Below the pieces are notes generated by a model that was not told the DNA's origin, made no database searches, and worked only from the letters and a program-made list of their open reading frames with translations. The translations under genes were made by a program, and so were the position numbers. DNA of 64,000 nt from Desulfurococcaceae archaeon (GTDB lineage Archaea; Thermoproteota; Thermoprotei_A; Sulfolobales; Desulfurococcaceae), in contig JAWBAI010000003.1 in assembly GCA_038816475.1 (NCBI GenBank), positions 62,774 to 126,773 on the forward strand, given 5' to 3'. Shown one piece after another: positions 59,184-64,000 of the stretch; position 1 is the first letter of the stretch; each line of letters starts with the position of its first letter.

Positions 59184-62100
59184 TCTAAGGATCTCGTTGA
59201 TGACAAGGTATGCTATGTACTGCAGTTTCGCCTTGTCCTCCATGTACTTTAACATCAATTCCTCTGCTTTCTGTGAAACTCGTTTATCTTCGTTAACCCG
59301 TTTTAGGACTTCTCGAACACTCGTGTAGTCCACGGTTGGCTTCACGTTTACCAAACTAGCTAGGTTCTCTGTGCTTAAGGTGTTAATACCAGCTCTGCTG
59401 GCAAGCTCCGAGAGGTCCAGTACTAGGGTTTTTTCTTTCTCGAGAAGAGATGAGAGTCTTCTCAAGTTAGCTTGCTTCAACTGCTGAATCAGCGCTTCTC
59501 TGTTCTCAACTAGTAGATGGTAATCCTCGTAGTAAATCTTGTCTAGAACGACGTTTTCTAGGTCTAGCAGTTCCTTGGGAGGCTTTATTAGGGGGATAGG
59601 AGGGTAGAGCTTTACGGCTCCATTGAAAGTATCACCGTCGTAGAAGCCATGACCAGCTACTAGGGCTGGTATTGCGGAATCTTCTCCCAGAACCTCGCTG
59701 AAAGCAACATACGAGATTATTCTCAAAGCAGGACTAGGTCGTGGAATGTACAGCTCCTTCCCCTTTACTATGGTTTTAACTCTGTCTCTTAGCAGTATGT
59801 AGTCTACTACTCGAAGCGCTTGCTCCTTTACTACATCCCAGTTGAAATCTACTGTGATAAGAGTGGAGTAGGCTAGATCATCGATTTCCGATATAAGTAT
59901 TCTGTCGAGGTCGCATGGTCTATGGGACTCTATCCAGTTGCGAACGCGAAGCCAATCTAGCTTGTCTATTATTCCAGCAGCTTCTGGTTCGTATATAGCA
60001 AAGTACTTGTATTCTCCAATTTTGGTTACATCGTACATTATCGTTTTGAAGGCTAATCCGTAGTACCTTCTCAAGATCACCACTATGTACGCTAGTGCAA
60101 GCCTCATGAGGTCAGCGTTTTCGCGTGGATCAACCGAGTAGCGATAACCGTATGTGAAATCCCTGTATTCGCCTCCGGTTGGCATAGGTACATATATGTT
60201 TGTTTTCTCGTAGTATACAACGGGTTTAGAACTGGACCACAGTATTCTTGGCTTCTCGGATTTCAGAGTCCAGATGCATCTTTCAGGTACTTTAACGTAC
60301 TTACCGAACCCGTTTTCGGGGACACGTACGATGCAGAGTACATCGCTGGTGATCTTTCCTCCTAGAATGTCCTTTACTATCTGCGGCTTCTCTCCCCATC
60401 GAAGCTTCGTATACCTGTACTCTTCGAGTGCTAGTGATAGTCCATCATACTGCTTAAAGTCCACGTTTCTAATGTCTTTTTCCAATACAGCACTCACGTA
60501 GCGGGATGTTTTACCTAGTTCTAACGATATTACCAAAGCTTCCTCGCTGTAGTCTATGCAACCTGGTTGAAACTTTTCCACGAGATCGCAGTGTCCTATG
60601 GGTTCAAGCGGTACTAGTCGATCCTCTTTCTCAATGTACCTTTTTATACCGTATGGTGGAGCATACTCGTAGAAGTTTATTCGTTCAAAAACGGCGTTTA
60701 AAGCTTTTTCGTTTAAACTATTGTCGGGACCAAGTACACCTGTTCTTCTCAGTGCTTCCTTCTCTTTCTCATTTAATCCCGTCTTAAACCACGGTGATTT
60801 CAGCTTAATAACACCTGTGAAGAGGTAAATGTACAGATTATCCGGGTTTACCAGTGTTTTTTCTAGTCCAAGTTCAAGCCAGGACCTTAGAACATCGTGT
60901 CCACTGCTCAGTAGTTCTTTGTCCCATCTCGAGAAGGGTATTATCACGGACTCGGAGAACTCTAGTTCTCTTCTACGTCCTTTCCTACCTTCTCTCTGGT
61001 AGAACTCTCTTACGCTATCTGGTAAACCCAAGTGCACTGTTCGCGAGATTAAGCCTATATCCACGCCTTGTGATAGTGTTCTCGGTGAGACTATGACCTT
61101 GATTTCACCTCTTCTTGCTTTCTCTTCAATCTCTTCTCTAAGTTTCTTCGAGATTAGGTGATGGTGAGATGCTATTGGTGCTTCTTGACCGTGCTTGAGT
61201 TTTATGCTTCTAACTAGTTCTTCGGCTGTACCAATGCTTCTCGTAAATACCAACGTTACGTATGGGTCGTTGAAGTACTCGGAGATGAGCTCGGAAACAT
61301 CGATCCCTAGGGATGGAACACTGTAGCCAAGACTCTCGATAGTCGATATTACGTAGTAGGCGTTTGATTTGAACTTCTCGAAGTCGTCTACTAAGTCCTT
61401 TAAGCTGGTAATTTGCGGGTGTTTTGACTGAGCATCACTCCAGAGTCTTCTGATCTCCATCCACACATCGTGCAGATTCTTACCTAGAACTATGTAAACA
61501 CGGTTCTCTACTCTAAACGGCTTACCTGCTATAGTACTACATGGTCTACTCGTTGTATTTTCAAGGTATGAGCAGAGATCCTCGGGGTTGGAGATTCCAG
61601 CGGAGAGAACAGCCACTTGTAGCTTCTTCTCGGAGATCATGGATAAGAGCTGGATCATTGCTAGCAGAAGAGCTATGCTTCTGGGACTGTAGAAATCCAG
61701 CTCATCTACTACCAGTAGATCTACTCTGTGGTATACAGATGCAAGCAATGCACTACTTTTACTAACAAAGTACTTTTTGATGTCGTGTAGTAGAAATGCT
61801 GGATTGGTAACAATTAGATTCGAAGAGGCGATCATGGTTCTTAGTAGCTGGCTTCCGTGACGTTTAACAAGTTCCTCTTTTTTAACACTATCAAGTTGAA
61901 TAAGGTTCCTCTTGACAAGGGACATATACTGCAAAAGTCTTTTAACCTGGTCATTAGCTAGTGCTAGAGTTGGGTATACTGCAATAGCTAGTGTACTGGG
62001 CTCGTTCTTCAACCTCTTAGCCAAGTAGATGAACCATGCTTCGGTTTTACCACTACCTGTTCCAGCTACTAGTACAATGTTGTGTCCTTTCGAGAGCTCT

Positions 62101-62282
62101 AGGTAGGCCTCGTACTGATGCTTGTAGAGCCTCTGAGAACCAATGTCTATTTCCGAGAACTCTTCAACTATGTCCTTGAAAAGAACATCCACGTATTCAG
62201 GTTCTACGGCTGGCTCGGAGTACTTGATGTAGCTGTAGCCTTTGGATTTGAGCAGTTCCTCCGTGTCTACTCTCTTTGCCAT
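59154..62282 (-). CDS. Large SF2 DEAD/DEAH-box helicase (Hrq1/SftH/MrfA-like)
   Basis: Q motif LYKHQ, GTGSGKT, YPTLALANDQ, TNP, DELD, LSA, LSQGVDIG, QREGRKGRR. Confidence 0.88.
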   Translation of the reverse strand: MAKRVDTEELLKSKGYSYIKYSEPAVEPEYVDVLFKDIVEEFSEIDIGSQRLYKHQYEAYLELSKGHNIVLVAGTGSGKTEAWFIYLAKRLKNEPSTLAIAVYPTLALANDQVKRLLQYMSLVKRNLIQLDSVKKEELVKRHGSQLLRTMIASSNLIVTNPAFLLHDIKKYFVSKSSALLASVYHRVDLLVVDELDFYSPRSIALLLAMIQLLSMISEKKLQVAVLSAGISNPEDLCSYLENTTSRPCSTIAGKPFRVENRVYIVLGKNLHDVWMEIRRLWSDAQSKHPQITSLKDLVDDFEKFKSNAYYVISTIESLGYSVPSLGIDVSELISEYFNDPYVTLVFTRSIGTAEELVRSIKLKHGQEAPIASHHHLISKKLREEIEEKARRGEIKVIVSPRTLSQGVDIGLISRTVHLGLPDSVREFYQREGRKGRRRELEFSESVIIPFSRWDKELLSSGHDVLRSWLELGLEKTLVNPDNLYIYLFTGVIKLKSPWFKTGLNEKEKEALRRTGVLGPDNSLNEKALNAVFERINFYEYAPPYGIKRYIEKEDRLVPLEPIGHCDLVEKFQPGCIDYSEEALVISLELGKTSRYVSAVLEKDIRNVDFKQYDGLSLALEEYRYTKLRWGEKPQIVKDILGGKITSDVLCIVRVPENGFGKYVKVPERCIWTLKSEKPRILWSSSKPVVYYEKTNIYVPMPTGGEYRDFTYGYRYSVDPRENADLMRLALAYIVVILRRYYGLAFKTIMYDVTKIGEYKYFAIYEPEAAGIIDKLDWLRVRNWIESHRPCDLDRILISEIDDLAYSTLITVDFNWDVVKEQALRVVDYILLRDRVKTIVKGKELYIPRPSPALRIISYVAFSEVLGEDSAIPALVAGHGFYDGDTFNGAVKLYPPIPLIKPPKELLDLENVVLDKIYYEDYHLLVENREALIQQLKQANLRRLSSLLEKEKTLVLDLSELASRAGINTLSTENLASLVNVKPTVDYTSVREVLKRVNEDKRVSQKAEELMLKYMEDKAKLQYIAYLVINEILRLGNIQDYLS

Positions 62283-62445
62283 TTCTTACTTAACCTCTCC
62301 GTTAATATTACACTCCTGATCTAGCCAAAAAGCTCGTTGCTTCTTCAGGTGAACTCTGGAATTGCTGCATTATTGATGAATTCAAGCATTGTACTACTCC
62401 GGGTTAGCAGAGTATATAATTCGGAAACACCTAGGGTTATTCTAG

Positions 62446-62823
62446 GTGAAAAGCATGAATATTACGCTAGTTATGCAACAACTGGTAGCTGTACTTATCT
62501 TAATTGTAGTAGTTGTTTTCTCGTTGTTTAAACCAACCAGAACCGTGAAGGTAGCTCTAACGATTCTCCTCGTGATCTTAGCCTTGGTAAACTACGCGCT
62601 GCTTTTAGAGATGTCAAACTACGTGGAGATCAGGATTCTCCCCTTCTTCGTAGTAGAAAGTAAGTACATTGAAGCTACCGGTAGGTACGAGAGCACATTT
62701 TACCCGGATTTCTCGCAGCTTTCAATTGTATCTCTGCTGGTAATGTGGCGTAGTGAAATTGCACCGTTAGTACGTAGGTGGTTTAAGTGTGAATGCCTTG
62801 ATTCCTCTTCTGAAGCTCGATGA
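62446..62823 (+). CDS. Hypothetical small membrane protein
   Basis: Two to three hydrophobic helices; overlaps the sfsA start. Confidence 0.6.
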   Translation: MKSMNITLVMQQLVAVLILIVVVVFSLFKPTRTVKVALTILLVILALVNYALLLEMSNYVEIRILPFFVVESKYIEATGRYESTFYPDFSQLSIVSLLVMWRSEIAPLVRRWFKCECLDSSSEAR

Positions 62824-63523
62824 GGTAGTAGAGTGTAGGATTGTGGAAAGAACCTCGCGGTTCACGCTCACAGTAGAGGTAGGCGATAAGCGTGAAACAG
62901 CTTACACAAATAACACAGGGAGATTGAGGAACTACATTGTTCCCGGTAGAACGGGGCATTGTCTAGAGAGCAAGCGGGGAAAGCTCAAGCTCAGAATTGT
63001 TGGTGTTGAAGACGGAGAATACGCTGCACTCATTGACACGAGGCTTCAAGAAGAATCGCTTTTAGCTGCATGGAGACATGGATTAGTGTACTGGCTTACC
63101 AATTGCACCCTGTACAAGCGGAACTACAGACTTGACAACGTAGTTGTTGATTTCGCGTTCAAGTGCAACAATGGTGATCTCAGGTTGGTAGAGGTCAAGA
63201 GCGCGGTCATGAAGATCAGCGAATCCGTAGCCGGATACCCTGATGCTCCTACGGCTAGAGGTAGACGCCAGCTGATTAAACTAGCAGAGCACGCGGCTTC
63301 AGGTGGTAGCGCGTACGTAGTCTTCATCGCGGGAATACCGTTGGCTAGAAAGTTTAAACTGTACTGTGGAGAAGACAAGGAGATCAAGAGATGTGTTGAG
63401 GTAGCAGCTAGCTCTGGAGTTGTGTTCAAAGCCATAAACTTGTTCCTGGATTCACACTCGAGAACGGTAGTACTAGGTGGAGTCGATATACCAGTAGACC
63501 TATCATGCGAAAGCGAATCCTGA
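62789..63523 (+). CDS. sfsA: SfsA-family PD-(D/E)xK nuclease
   Basis: NTGRL, DF...VEVKS, YPDAPTARGRRQL. Confidence 0.9.
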   Translation: MNALIPLLKLDEVVECRIVERTSRFTLTVEVGDKRETAYTNNTGRLRNYIVPGRTGHCLESKRGKLKLRIVGVEDGEYAALIDTRLQEESLLAAWRHGLVYWLTNCTLYKRNYRLDNVVVDFAFKCNNGDLRLVEVKSAVMKISESVAGYPDAPTARGRRQLIKLAEHAASGGSAYVVFIAGIPLARKFKLYCGEDKEIKRCVEVAASSGVVFKAINLFLDSHSRTVVLGGVDIPVDLSCESES

Positions 63524-63564
63524 AAAACTTAAAAAGACCATAACTGTAATTACTCACTATGGAC

Positions 63565-63672
63565 GCCGCCGTAGTATAGCCCGGTCAAGTATGCGGGCCT
63601 CTCGAGCCCGTGACACCCTTATAGGTCCGTAGCAGGGTGCGGGACACCCGGGTTCAAATCCCGGCGGCGGCA
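63565..63672 (+). tRNA. tRNA-Glu(CTC) with a 33-nt intron at non-canonical position 45/46 (63613-63645)
   Basis: GCCGCCG acceptor stem, CGGGC-CTCTCGA-GCCCG anticodon arm, CCGGG-TTCAAAT-CCCGG T arm; the extra segment forms a bulge-helix-bulge. Confidence 0.95.
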
Positions 63673-63746
63673 CTTCCCTACTTTCACCTTAAGGAGTGAG
63701 CATGCTGCTTGAACAAGCACGAAGGGTTTAACGTCTGCTTACGAGT

Positions 63747-64000
63747 TTAATCTGGTTTTGGTGGTGTTACGTTTACTTGTCCTTGGTATTTTCCTGTGTA
63801 GGGTTTGTATACTGGGCTACTCGTTCGCAGGAACACTACGTGGAGGAACCTCTGCTTCGGGTACAGTTTAACCGGGTGTGGTCCACCGATGAGCTCAATG
63901 GTGATGTTCCCCTTGAAGCCAGCGTCTATGACTGTTGGAGGTATGTAGATTCCTGCTCTCGCAAAGCTACTCCTAAGGTTCACCAGTCCCACCAGGTCGT
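63747..64000 (-). CDS. dcd: dCTP deaminase (3' part; 5' end outside window)
   Basis: LRSSFARAG, IDAGFKGNITIE, YTGKYQGQ. Confidence 0.92.
   Translation of the reverse strand, partial: DLVGLVNLRSSFARAGIYIPPTVIDAGFKGNITIELIGGPHPVKLYPKQRFLHVVFLRTSSPVYKPYTGKYQGQVNVTPPKPD

Noticed and set aside
420-63435. Many short ORFs antisense to or nested within clear genes
   Set aside because: Shadow ORFs without recognisable motifs.

Overview
Archaeal chromosome segment, most consistent with a hyperthermophilic Thermoproteota member (Desulfurococcales-like, inferred from gene content such as PolB3, aCPSF1, two proteasome beta subunits, SmAP-rpl37e, egsA and an intron-containing tRNA). 1-4 kb is the end of a Dpp/Opp ABC operon. 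4.4-15 kb is a visibly AT-richer, minus-strand catabolic cluster (DUF917, two hydantoin-racemase-like genes, a NicX/M29-like metalloprotein, a complete peptide-type ABC importer and an M20 hydrolase) lying about 1 kb from the 3' end of tRNA-Arg(TCG). 16-32 kb is conserved housekeeping genes. 32-38.5 kb is a second AT-rich, decaying region (GT2 pseudogene, metallophosphoesterase, MFS pseudogene, Fe-ADH, flavin reductase, ArsB/SLC13-type permease) that ends at the SRP RNA gene. 39-64 kb holds metabolic and transport genes, a large Hrq1/MrfA-like helicase, sfsA, tRNA-Glu(CTC) with a non-canonical 45/46 intron, and partial dcd. The most notable observations are: (i) a 209-bp non-coding insertion with GG junctions, a TATA-like box and a structured GC-rich right end, resembling an IS607-derived mini element that may carry an omega-RNA; (ii) the DUF917/racemase/ABC catabolic cluster; (iii) an SRP RNA with an apparently reduced Alu domain; (iv) a helicase lacking the usual Zn motif and carrying a possibly degenerate exonuclease domain. 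No CRISPR array, rRNA or intact transposase was seen. All family assignments are by motif recognition only; no searches were run.
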